Positions 9,308 to 17,558 of a DNA stretch of 64,000 nt are shown piece by piece. The DNA is taken from sequence record OR515477.1; one strand, given 5' to 3'. The stretch comes from Escherichia phage Es2. Numbering within the stretch: the stretch's first letter is position 1; each line of letters begins with the position of its first letter. Below the pieces are notes generated by a model. That model saw only the letters and a list, made by a program, of their open reading frames with translations. It made no database searches and was not told where the DNA came from. The translations under genes and the position numbers were made by a program.

Positions 9308-9906
9308 TGTTCACACAACAACCTATTCAAGTAGTACCAGACCATGAACTGAACACATGGGATTATAGCTTTAAAGATTTAACTGCTACTGTACAATTCA
9401 AATCTATGAAGCTAACATTTGCACACACTGACCTTAGAGCATGTAAAGATCTTGAAGGTAAGCTAGAAGATGCTCGTAAGATTTTTGGCAAGGCTCGCAT
9501 CCCGGCTGATAACCTGATTAATGCACTGATCGATGCAGGATACAAACTCGTGAAGGCTGAGGTTAACCGTCCTAGTACTCCAGTGACTATTAGAGATCCG
9601 TGGCAATCAGGGCCAATCGCAATGCTAAATAAATCATCGGATTTGCACAATGTTCCATGTGGCGGTACGCTGTCGTCTAATCAATCCTATCGAGTTGGGG
9701 AAGATTATGGGCCTTCTATACAGTTGAAACATACTCAAGAAGCTCTTGAGTCTGACATGAAAAGCGTAGCACCGGGGAACTCTGGAGTTTCTAGGAATTC
9801 TGTCTATACTGTTCATTTAAACAATCCTGGTAATCATGGAAGTTTAGAGGATGCTATTATGGAGGCGTTGGGAGCTGTCATTAATGAAGATAAGAGAGGT
9901 AATTAA
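9307..9906 (+). CDS. hypothetical early protein
   Basis: 199 aa ORF; ATGA overlap with upstream gene. Confidence 0.45.
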   Translation: MFTQQPIQVVPDHELNTWDYSFKDLTATVQFKSMKLTFAHTDLRACKDLEGKLEDARKIFGKARIPADNLINALIDAGYKLVKAEVNRPSTPVTIRDPWQSGPIAMLNKSSDLHNVPCGGTLSSNQSYRVGEDYGPSIQLKHTQEALESDMKSVAPGNSGVSRNSVYTVHLNNPGNHGSLEDAIMEALGAVINEDKRGN

Positions 9907-10253
9907 TGATATTTGGTAAAACAAAAATAGCCCCTGCTGGGGAAAATTTAATTACTCTTAGCCTCTACTATAAGGATGAAAATGTAGAAATAGAAACATT
10001 AGAGTATGTTCTTATAAATACTAATAAGCCTAAAATAGGAGAGTTACTTGGTATAATCTCTAATATCTCTGATAGGGAAGATATTCCAAGTATAACACCA
10101 AAGAATATAGCTCACTTAGCACAACAATTAGGAATCTTGTGGTATAAAGTAGATCTTCCAGCTAAAGAAAGAACCAAAGGAACCTTTGCAGAGATCGCAA
10201 GAAAACCTAAGTCAGAAAAGAAAGAAACAGGGGAGCAAGCGTCTGATATATGA
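9906..10253 (+). CDS. hypothetical early protein
   Basis: 115 aa ORF. Confidence 0.4.
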   Translation: MIFGKTKIAPAGENLITLSLYYKDENVEIETLEYVLINTNKPKIGELLGIISNISDREDIPSITPKNIAHLAQQLGILWYKVDLPAKERTKGTFAEIARKPKSEKKETGEQASDI

Positions 10254-10963
10254 TTAAAGAAGCCGAAAAATTAAAACGTCTCATCCAGCTAGCGCGGGGT
10301 GCTACACAAAAGAGTCTTTCCCAGCTAACTAATGAAGAAAAATATGCAGTAATGTTTTTAGGAGATCATTATCCTGCTAGGTGGGATAAAGGTAAGATCA
10401 AGTATGATCGTGATGCAAAACAAGTTGTTTGGTCAGGCTCATATGTAGAAGTGAATAAAGCATTAAAGGCTTTAGATCCTGAAGCAAAAGGTTTCTCTTC
10501 TAATGCTATTCATATTCTAATTGATGAAGATCTCCCAAGATTTAAGGAAGCATCATTTAAAGAAGCATTAGCTAGTGAAGATCTTATTCCTTTTAAACAC
10601 GGTAAGTATGCACATCTTCCACCACTAGAAAAAGAGAAACCTACTCTAGTTAAAGATGAAGTTTATCGTGGGATTGGCACAATGCTAGCGAGTTTGACTG
10701 TAGCTCTCCATAAAGATCTAGAGTTAACGCCCCTAGAAAACGCTGTGCATTTCATGTGCCATAAGTACGAGGATACATTTAAAGAGCTATGTAAGTCGCT
10801 AGGAATGCCAAGTTACACGATATTAAACTATGCTCCTGAATATACTAGAGCAGCTCGTGGAACTATGGATTACGATGATACAGGATCCACTGCTTCCTAT
10901 TTAGCAACTTATATCTACTTCGCATCCTTAGGTATCAAACTCAAATCCAAGAAGGAGGAATAA
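10250..10963 (+). CDS. hypothetical early protein
   Basis: 237 aa ORF, last gene before the repeat region. Confidence 0.45.
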   Translation: MIKEAEKLKRLIQLARGATQKSLSQLTNEEKYAVMFLGDHYPARWDKGKIKYDRDAKQVVWSGSYVEVNKALKALDPEAKGFSSNAIHILIDEDLPRFKEASFKEALASEDLIPFKHGKYAHLPPLEKEKPTLVKDEVYRGIGTMLASLTVALHKDLELTPLENAVHFMCHKYEDTFKELCKSLGMPSYTILNYAPEYTRAARGTMDYDDTGSTASYLATYIYFASLGIKLKSKKEE

Positions 10964-10980
10964 AAGTTAACAAAAAGTTC

Positions 10981-11010
10981 TTGCATTCTCATACCCAAAC
11001 ATGTTATAAT
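10981..11010 (+). promoter_or_regulatory. sigma70-type promoter upstream of non-coding transcript
   Basis: TTGCAT, 17 bp spacer, TATAAT. Confidence 0.45.
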
Positions 11011-11017
11011 AATCTCA

Positions 11018-11185
11018 TAGATTAACAACTACTCTAGTTGATTAACTCTAGGGGCGATGATTATTACACGAATGTCTCGTATAGCTTGCGGCCTAGCAAC
11101 AGCGGTATGACGGCATGAGTACTCACGTAATTAATCACGCGCCCACAGGAGAGACTCTCATGAAATTGGGGGTCTCTTTTTCTTT
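11018..11185 (+). ncRNA. candidate small structured RNA (about 165 nt)
   Basis: Bracketed by the promoter at 10981-11010 and a hairpin plus T-tract terminator at 11148-11185; long-range helix GGGGCG/TGATTA with TAATCA/CGCCC; only a 17-codon ORF with weak SD. Confidence 0.3.
11148..11185 (+). terminator. rho-independent terminator
   Basis: AGAGAC...GTCTCT stem followed by TTTTTCTTT. Confidence 0.45.
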
Positions 11186-11269
11186 ATATTATTTAAATAT
11201 TTTTAATGGCAATATCTGTGTTCAAGATGATACACCTGTTGCCGCTCATCTGCTAGGATGGCACAACAC

Positions 11270-11560
11270 TTTCTTCTAGACTCCTAAGTTTCTAGGAATA
11301 GTTGAGCACTAACTCTAGAGTTTACATTAAACTTTAAATCTGTTTCTCTAGTCAACTCAGGCGGTTTTCATATTCCTAGAAACTCTAGCAATAGGCGGTT
11401 AATACAGGGCGGTTTTAGGGAGGGCGGTTATTTCTAGAAGACATTTTTTGAAAACACATTTCTAGAAATTACTGTCGTATTTGCACACTGCATTTCTAGA
11501 AATTTATGGTCGGATTTGCACAAACGCCTAAGTTTTTAGGAACATATAATCTCTTGAAAA
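11270..11560. repeat. TTCTAGAA palindrome cluster and CCTAAGTTTYTAGGA repeats
   Basis: At least 4 copies of ATTTCTAGAA(A) and 4 copies of the ctRAGTTTYTAGRA element. Confidence 0.6.
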
Positions 11561-12080
11561 TGGCAGCATTATTTCGGGCCGAAGGCCCGTGATTGCCTGA
11601 GTTTTTAGAGCCACAAGAATTTTCACTTGTCAAGCTATTTTGCCCCATTTAGCAAATAAAATTTTACTTTATCTCCTCTAATCTCAAATTAACCCAAATC
11701 TTCTCAACTCTTCCCCAAAATACCCGCAAATCAGGTGCTCCGCACCAAACATGCGCCTCTCCCACAGTTCCCCCAAAATTTCTCTCGCTCTCTCAACTTC
11801 TCCCCAAACATACACAATCACACACCCTCCAATCGAAGCCACAAAAATCTTGTCGGATTCGCACATCTTAATCCTAGAAAAACCGTGTCGGATTTGCACA
11901 TACCCCACAGGATTCGAACGCAGTTCGAGATTGCTGGAGTTTTTAGGAAAATTCATTGTCGGATTCGCACACTATAAAAATTTTTCGGGTCGGATTTGCA
12001 CACTACCAAAAATTGTCGGATTCGCACATACACGCCCGCACGTAACACCCGTGGAGCAATGTCGGATTTGCACAAAAGCG
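11470..12080. repeat. dispersed 14-mer repeat GTCGGATT(T/C)GCACA, about 8 copies
   Basis: Copies near 11476, 11508, 11852, 11886, 11958, 11988, 12013 and 12058 with irregular spacing. Confidence 0.65.
11690..11830. repeat. C/A-rich low-complexity tract with CCCCAAAA-type repeats
   Basis: Strong strand compositional bias; repeated tCCCCAAAa units. Confidence 0.5.
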
Positions 12081-12099
12081 CAGGGCAATTGCCCTGCGC

Positions 12100-12310
12100 T
12101 AAATGAGAATAAAAATAAGAATCATTCTCATTTAGAAAGCGGAATGAGAATGATAATAATTCGCATTTAGAAAGCGAAATGAGAATCAATCTCATTTAAG
12201 AACGGAAACGAAAATTATTCAGGAAGTGAAACGATTCTCATTTAGAAAGTGGAATGATTCTCATTTAGAAAGTGGAATGCAAATGATAATGATTCGCATT
12301 TAAGAATGGA
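12100..12310. repeat. tandem array of ATTCTCATTTAGAAAG(Y)GGAATGA units with embedded inverted repeats
   Basis: About 5 direct repeat units plus AAATGAGAAT/ATTCTCATTT palindromic cores. Confidence 0.65.
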
Positions 12311-12333
12311 AGTGAGAAACACTGTTATTTAAG

Positions 12334-12415
12334 TTATCCACAGACTTATCAACAGCACGATTTGACTTGACAAAATTCTAGCCATTTTGAGGCGTTATCA
12401 ACAGACTTATCAACA
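12334..12415. promoter_or_regulatory. cluster of DnaA-box-like sites
   Basis: TTATCCACA (12334-12342) matches the DnaA box consensus TTATNCACA; TTATCAACA at 12346, 12395 and 12407. Confidence 0.45.
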
Positions 12416-12423
12416 GCTTATCC

Positions 12424-12443
12424 TACTGTATAAATATACAGTA
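12424..12443. promoter_or_regulatory. LexA (SOS) box-like palindrome
   Basis: TACTGTATAAATATACAGTA, CTGT-N8-ACAG, 18 of 20 match to TACTGTATATATATACAGTA. Confidence 0.45.
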
Positions 12444-12636
12444 TTCCTATGCAGTGAATAATTCTAATATACAGCTAAAACGCTCTCAAACGCATTCTAA
12501 CGCGTTTAATTTTGGTGGGGATACTAAAACACGGGCAAAATTGGAGGAGGCTTAGAAATTAGTTAGCTCGCTAACGATCACACAAGGCGACACGTAACAT
12601 CCTAACCATTAGCAGGCTAACCATCGCGGGCGCGGT

Positions 12637-12659
12637 CAAATGAGAATGATTCTCATTTG
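12637..12659. repeat. perfect 22 bp palindrome
   Basis: CAAATGAGAATGATTCTCATTTG, same core as the 12.1-12.3 kb array. Confidence 0.55.
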
Positions 12660-12809
12660 AGAATTGGGGGCACTTCCTGATAGTTGCGCCCCGTGATTAT
12701 TACAGTAGTGGGCAACCTTTACGCTTTGCCCATTCCCGCCACTCATCTTGATGTCTAGACTTGCGACGGCGTACTAAAAACCATTTATACCAGTGATTAA
12801 ACCATCGTT

Positions 12810-13013
12810 TCATAAATCCTCCTCCGGTAGTCGGTGCGTGATTTTTTCCTCCTCTCCGTAGGAATCCACTAAATGCTGATAATAACCATCGTGATCATAA
12901 ATCACTTTATCATATTCGCCACGCTCGACCGCTTGTCGGTTTTCCGGCGTATCTGGCACGTAAAAAACATCAACCATTGTACTGATTTTGGTTACAACAA
13001 TTTTATTGCTCAT
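12810..13013 (-). CDS. hypothetical small acidic protein (67 aa)
   Basis: RBS GGAG upstream of ATG; inside higher-GC cassette. Confidence 0.4.
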   Translation of the reverse strand: MSNKIVVTKISTMVDVFYVPDTPENRQAVERGEYDKVIYDHDGYYQHLVDSYGEEEKITHRLPEEDL

Positions 13014-13038
13014 AATAACGCTCCGTTATTATATAATC

Positions 13039-13383
13039 TCATTGTGCCACCTTTCGAAACGCTGTTTCAATACTTTCCGCAGTTGACTGAATATACGCGC
13101 CTTTCATGATCAGGCGCTCAGTGCATACCTTACGGAAGATATTAATAAAATCATCTTCATTTTCTGCAATTAACGCTTCACCCATAACCTGAACGTCACA
13201 AGATGCAAAGGTCAAAAATTGAAACGCTAGTTCACGGGCAACGACCTCATTGATTTTATAATGCGCCTTGCCCTCATAAATATTAATAACGCCCTTATAT
13301 GTTGGGGAAAGCTGATTTAAATAATTTGCTAATAATGCTGGGCGGCAATTAGCAATAAAACGATTGCCTTCATAAATAACCAT
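13039..13383 (-). CDS. hypothetical protein (114 aa)
   Basis: Start set at the ATG with RBS GGGAGG 6 nt upstream (MVIYEGNRF); ORF track start is 13398. Confidence 0.4.
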   Translation of the reverse strand: MVIYEGNRFIANCRPALLANYLNQLSPTYKGVINIYEGKAHYKINEVVARELAFQFLTFASCDVQVMGEALIAENEDDFINIFRKVCTERLIMKGAYIQSTAESIETAFRKVAQ

Positions 13384-13510
13384 TTGACAGCCTCCCAATT
13401 AGATAGCCAGATAATAACATAAAGATCCCCAATGAAAGGGGGTCATTTTTAAATAGGGTGGCGGTAAAACCGCCAGCCATTGCAAGGATGATAACAATAA
13501 CGCTTTTCAT
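13367..13510 (-). CDS. small two-segment hydrophobic peptide (47 aa), not in ORF track
   Basis: MKSVIVIILAMAGGFTATLF...LSLGIFMLLSGYLIG; ATGA overlap with upstream stop. Confidence 0.3.
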
Positions 13511-13719
13511 AGTACCCCACGAAACGCAGCGTAAAAGGTGGCAAAATGTTTAACTGTTTCAGCTATCACGTTGCCGCGCTTGTCAAATTTCTTTTCTGTA
13601 ACACGAAAGGCATTCTTATTACGTGCTACATATTCAATTTTACAATCTTCCCGCTCGAACGTGTTAACATCCACCAGCTTAAAGCCTTTCGAACGTGCAA
13701 GAGAAACATTGCGGATCAT
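13507..13719 (-). CDS. hypothetical basic protein (70 aa)
   Basis: RBS AGGAGAA upstream of ATG. Confidence 0.4.
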   Translation of the reverse strand: MIRNVSLARSKGFKLVDVNTFEREDCKIEYVARNKNAFRVTEKKFDKRGNVIAETVKHFATFYAAFRGVL

Positions 13720-13721
13720 TT

Positions 13722-13871
13722 TTATTCTCCTTTACTAGTCATGCAGCCCAGCAGATAAGAAAATGCAGCGATACCCGCGCCAATAATAACCGCGTGAACA
13801 CCGAAAGCTATTGCAAAAAGGGATAAAATAGCGCCCAAGATACCTGCTAGAATAGCTCGAAAAATAACCAT
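13722..13871 (-). CDS. small two-segment hydrophobic peptide (49 aa), not in ORF track
   Basis: MVIFRAILAGILGAILSLFAIAFGVHAVIIGAGIAAFSYLLG; RBS AGGAGA 7 nt upstream. Confidence 0.3.
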   Translation of the reverse strand: MVIFRAILAGILGAILSLFAIAFGVHAVIIGAGIAAFSYLLGCMTSKGE

Positions 13872-13917
13872 TTTCATTCTCCTAGTTTGCGGGGCGAAAG
13901 TAACGCCCCGTTATTAC

Positions 13918-14158
13918 TTACATTAAAACAATTTTTGCCGCTTGTTTTTTAGTACAGTGTTCCGCTTTCAGGGTATCCAGCAAAAAGCCGGCCGTTTGCT
14001 GATCGATTTTATCGGCGTTGTATAGTTCTTGGATGGTGTTATAAGTTTTAGCAATGCCGAACTCCTGCACCATTTCATGAATGATGGCGCGATTAGATAC
14101 CCAGCCTTGCGCGGTGAACAGATGACTAGCAGAAGAATAAGCAACCATTTTAAACCTC
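13918..14158 (-). CDS. hypothetical protein (80 aa)
   Basis: Start set at the ATG with RBS GGAGG upstream (MVAYSSASHLF); ORF track start is 14181. Confidence 0.4.
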
Positions 14159-14266
14159 CAAATTTTTGGGAAAATTTTCAACCGTCCTCAAACGGTGTAA
14201 AGGCATTATAACAAAAAAGGTCGCCATAAAAGGCGACCTTTACAAAACTTTACATTAGATTATTTA

Positions 14267-15277
14267 TTACTCGTTTTCGGTGTTAGTGGTAAAAGTAGAA
14301 ATATCGATACCTTTTACCATTTCATCAATCATTTCAGCGATGTTAAAACTTTGCACCATTTCCAACATTGCCGCTTCCATAGCTGCCCCTGCTACCGCTT
14401 TCGCTTTCTGGTTGCTTGGGGCATACTGGTCAACCGCTACGCTCAGCAGGTTGGCAATTACTACTCGACCGATAGGCGTATCAATATAACCTTTAATCAT
14501 GAACGGTGCTTTTTTAGCCGCTACTTTCGTAATTTGAGTCAGTGCAATTTTACCCGCTTCCAGTTTTGCAGCGTTTACAACGGCGGATTTATTAGCGGCA
14601 ACGATGTTAGCAATCTTGGTCATGGTATTTTTTCCTTTATTTTCAGTGATTTGAGTATTAACGCTTTGAGTGTTAGAATTTACAGCATGGTTTTCTACGC
14701 TGTCAATAATCTGATCTTCATCTTTCCAGAAAGAAAAACCAGCGCTTTCTATATCCCCATCATAAATATACGGGTATAGCTCCCGTGGTAACAAAAAATT
14801 ACCGTCGCCATCAAAAGCCATTATACCGGTATATTGAGATCCGTCGTTATCCGGCTTATACCATCCAGCGGGTAAATACTTCCAGATAACATCTAAAAAT
14901 CCCTCAATGCTAGAAAGTCCATTTATCAGATCAAGCCCAATAAGCTCAAAACCATTTATATTAAATGATTGACGGCCTGAATTGCTATGATACGCAACAA
15001 TAGTATTGCCCTGCGCAACAATAAAATCGGTATCCGGCCCCGCTCCCCTGCCCGTAAAGATATGGCAATCCCGATTATGTAAAACTAGCGTTGCCCCTTG
15101 CTTATATAAGGGTAGAAAACTATCCATATCATAGGCGTCATATTCATCAAAAAAGTTTTGATGAATAGTTTCAACCTTGTTAATAAAATGTTTAATGCTG
15201 GTTGACTTGCTACCGTCCAGCAGGTTACGCAATGCACCTTTTAAGACGGTTGCGTTATCTGGTTTATAAAGCCTCAT
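14267..15277 (-). CDS. hypothetical protein (336 aa), first gene of the inverted-repeat-flanked cassette
   Basis: Strong RBS GAGGAGG 7 nt upstream; Gly/Asp-rich N-terminal half and Ala/Lys-rich helical C-terminal half; no recognised catalytic motif. Confidence 0.5.
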   Translation of the reverse strand: MRLYKPDNATVLKGALRNLLDGSKSTSIKHFINKVETIHQNFFDEYDAYDMDSFLPLYKQGATLVLHNRDCHIFTGRGAGPDTDFIVAQGNTIVAYHSNSGRQSFNINGFELIGLDLINGLSSIEGFLDVIWKYLPAGWYKPDNDGSQYTGIMAFDGDGNFLLPRELYPYIYDGDIESAGFSFWKDEDQIIDSVENHAVNSNTQSVNTQITENKGKNTMTKIANIVAANKSAVVNAAKLEAGKIALTQITKVAAKKAPFMIKGYIDTPIGRVVIANLLSVAVDQYAPSNQKAKAVAGAAMEAAMLEMVQSFNIAEMIDEMVKGIDISTFTTNTENE

Positions 15278-15541
15278 TTGTTCGGCCTCCTCGTTAATCG
15301 GTGAGTGAATGATAAAGGTATTTTCTTTCTAGGGGCAAATATTATTTTACCTTTTTATTTTCTTTGCCTAACTCCTAGTTTTATGCTAATCGCGCAGCGG
15401 TACAGTAAAGAGCAAAACACGGCGAAGCCACCAGGGCGACGGGTGAAGGCTTTACTTTAATATTACCCCACTGCATTTAGCTCGTTAGAAAGCGATTTAG
15501 GCCGCTTAAAATTGATTGCAGTTGTTAACACTACCTTTTTA

Positions 15542-15561
15542 CCCTGTATATTTATACAGTA
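15542..15561. promoter_or_regulatory. LexA (SOS) box-like palindrome
   Basis: CTGTATATTTATACAG, CTGT-N8-ACAG. Confidence 0.45.
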
Positions 15562-15569
15562 GGATAACC

Positions 15570-15651
15570 TGTGGATAAGTCTGTGTAAAAGTCCTTATAT
15601 CGCCGCCTATCATGTCAAGTTATTTTACAAAATGTATAAGTCTGTGGATAA
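15570..15651. promoter_or_regulatory. DnaA-box-like sites
   Basis: TGTGGATAA at 15570-15578 and 15643-15651, reverse complement of TTATCCACA. Confidence 0.45.
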
Positions 15652-15841
15652 CTTAAATAATAGTGTTTCTCACTAACTAATTTATGCAGTTATTATATCG
15701 TAAAATATAGTTAGTTGGCTAATAGGATTTTAAAGTGATTATGAGTCCGCTAATTAAACCTGAAAAACTCATTAGCTAGTCTGCTAATCATTTTGATATA
15801 ATATAATAGAGATTAAATTAATAACATAAGGAAACAATTAG

Positions 15842-16360
15842 ATGCCTAAATATAAACATATAGATTATGACCTTTTTAATAGTTACTTTTATTATGATGA
15901 AACATCGTTATCATTTTTACGCTGGCGAGAAGATCATGCCATCGCTGGTGGTTTAAATGGTAATTATTGGCAAGTTGAATTATTAGATAAAGGACAATTC
16001 AAAGTACATAGAATTATTTTTTGTATAATGAATGGTGGTATAGATAGCGAGCTAATGATTGATCATATTGATCGTAACCCCCGTAATAATAACATTTGGA
16101 ATCTTCGCGCGGTTGATAGTTCCCAGAATAACTATAATAAGACTCCTAGTGAGTATGAAAACTATAAGCGTGCTAATGGTATCCCTAGAAACATTTACGT
16201 TAATAAAATTCGCCCCCGTGATAGTTTCGGGCGTGATTATTTAACTGCTCAAATTAAGAATCCTATTACTAACAAGCGTGTTAGTAAGTCTGGTTATGAT
16301 TTACAAGAGTTATTATTATGGCTTGAAGCTAAAAAAGCTGAATTCGGAATTGTCAATTAA
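15842..16360 (+). CDS. HNH homing endonuclease (HNH_3-type)
   Basis: IDHIDRNPRNNNIWNLR motif; sits in an AT-rich islet within the higher-GC region. Confidence 0.6.
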   Translation: MPKYKHIDYDLFNSYFYYDETSLSFLRWREDHAIAGGLNGNYWQVELLDKGQFKVHRIIFCIMNGGIDSELMIDHIDRNPRNNNIWNLRAVDSSQNNYNKTPSEYENYKRANGIPRNIYVNKIRPRDSFGRDYLTAQIKNPITNKRVSKSGYDLQELLLWLEAKKAEFGIVN

Positions 16361-16384
16361 TTTATTTTATAAATTAACTCGTTT

Positions 16385-16416
16385 AGTCTTGATTTTTAAA
16401 AGTCAAGACCTTTTTC
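16385..16416 (+). terminator. rho-independent terminator
   Basis: AGTCTTGA-loop-TCAAGAC followed by CTTTTT. Confidence 0.5.
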
Positions 16417-16585
16417 AACTATTTTTCAATTTTGCGGTTGTTAAATATTTGTTAAACCGAAAATAAGCCGCCTAAAACGCCCCAGAACGCGATGAAAGTT
16501 TTAGTCATGCCATTGCATTGCCTACCCTCGTTTATCGCTACCACGAGCTTTTTAGATTTTGTCAAGTAGGGGAAAGCAAATATAA

Positions 16586-16876
16586 ATGAAAAAATTACTT
16601 GCCTATCTGCTATGTTTTGTGGTATTCACGCGCCCGTTTCTTTTAATTTTAGTGTGCCGCGCCCTAGTCGCCGCACGCCGTCCGGTGAATCGTGTCTTTA
16701 CGTTTCTTTACAAAAATAAGGTTGCGCCATTTTCGGGAATCCCCTATTATTTATCACGTAGGGCGGCAATGACGAACTACACGGCGGGAAGTTTACCGCC
16801 ACGCTCTTTAAAAATTGGGTATATCTTAAAGCCTATCGGCGGTAAACTTATTCATTATAAGGAATCGACGATATGA
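16586..16876 (+). CDS. hypothetical protein (96 aa)
   Basis: ORF with weak RBS and unusual Arg-rich hydrophobic composition. Confidence 0.25.
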   Translation: MKKLLAYLLCFVVFTRPFLLILVCRALVAARRPVNRVFTFLYKNKVAPFSGIPYYLSRRAAMTNYTAGSLPPRSLKIGYILKPIGGKLIHYKESTI

Positions 16877-17076
16877 AACAAACGCTTTTGATAACTGGTA
16901 AACCAGCTAAAAAATTAGATGGTACTACTAAAAAATTGTTGACAGTAGCGCAAAGATCCATAAGATATAGATTCACGCAGTACAAGAAAGGCCGCCAGCA
17001 AGGTTTAGAAATGATCTGGCGAAATATTATGATTGACCTGAAAGAAAATCATAAAAAACTGCAAAAAATTGTTTGA
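16873..17076 (+). CDS. hypothetical basic protein (67 aa)
   Basis: RBS AAGGA upstream. Confidence 0.3.
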   Translation: MKQTLLITGKPAKKLDGTTKKLLTVAQRSIRYRFTQYKKGRQQGLEMIWRNIMIDLKENHKKLQKIV

Positions 17077-17306
17077 CACCCTAGCCGATAGGCTTTAAGA
17101 TGTACCCAGTTCGATGAGAGCGATAACTTGATACAATTTGACGGTCGGTGCTTACCATAATGCATCCCGCCCCCTAACTGGGATATAGCGGCCTGAGTGG
17201 AGTTCTTTAAATTGATTATAATGGCGAGCGGATTGTTACTTATTACCTGCTACTATTTTCTAGTAGGTAATGCGAAACAATCCCCTAAATAACTGGAGTT
17301 TATACT

Positions 17307-17558
17307 ATGCAAAACGTTACTAATGCGCCGAAAATTGGTCAATCCGTTTTTATCCCTTTCGTTACCAAAACGGATGAATTAACCGGAAAAGCCGAACGTA
17401 TTAAAGGTGCGGCGCTTATGCCGTTCGATACAATCGACGCGGTATACGCTGAAAATGAACGCAGTAACAACGGCAAGCCGATTTATAACGTTCGCGTTAA
17501 ATCCGGCGACGTTGTAAAGGTTGTTCAACGCAACGAAAAATGGGAAGCTGTACTGTAA
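17307..17558 (+). CDS. pre-early-type hypothetical protein (83 aa)
   Basis: Conserved TCCCCTAAAT leader plus GGAG SD; followed by perfect hairpin at 17574-17599. Confidence 0.45.
   Translation: MQNVTNAPKIGQSVFIPFVTKTDELTGKAERIKGAALMPFDTIDAVYAENERSNNGKPIYNVRVKSGDVVKVVQRNEKWEAVL

Larger units (their letters stand above)
12312..12443. repeat. left arm of a ~130 bp inverted repeat
   Basis: Outer 38 bp and inner ~39 bp match the reverse complement of 15542-15673 with 1-2 mismatches each; central ~50 bp diverged. Confidence 0.7.
15542..15673. repeat. right arm of a ~130 bp inverted repeat
   Basis: Reverse complement of 12312-12443. Confidence 0.7.

Noticed and set aside
11470-12080. Possible CRISPR array formed by the 14-mer GTCGGATT(T/C)GCACA copies
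   Set aside because: The repeat is only 14 bp, spacing is irregular (about 15 to over 300 bp), copies are degenerate and no cas genes are present.
11684-12195. Four overlapping ORFs in the repeat region (11684-11956 minus, 11735-11977 plus, 11751-12170 plus, 11953-12195 minus)
   Set aside because: They overlap one another on both strands, have no RBS, give low-complexity products, and lie entirely within C/A-rich and 14-mer repeat DNA, so they are open frames created by repeats rather than genes.
14351-14779. 142 aa plus-strand ORF
   Set aside because: Antisense to the well-supported 336 aa minus-strand gene; no RBS; product is low complexity.
12312-15673. Classical insertion sequence or transposon interpretation of the inverted-repeat-flanked cassette
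   Set aside because: No transposase, integrase or recombinase-like ORF lies inside or beside it, the arms are long (~130 bp) with a diverged centre, and no target-site duplication is evident. It is kept as a finding, but not as a known mobile element.
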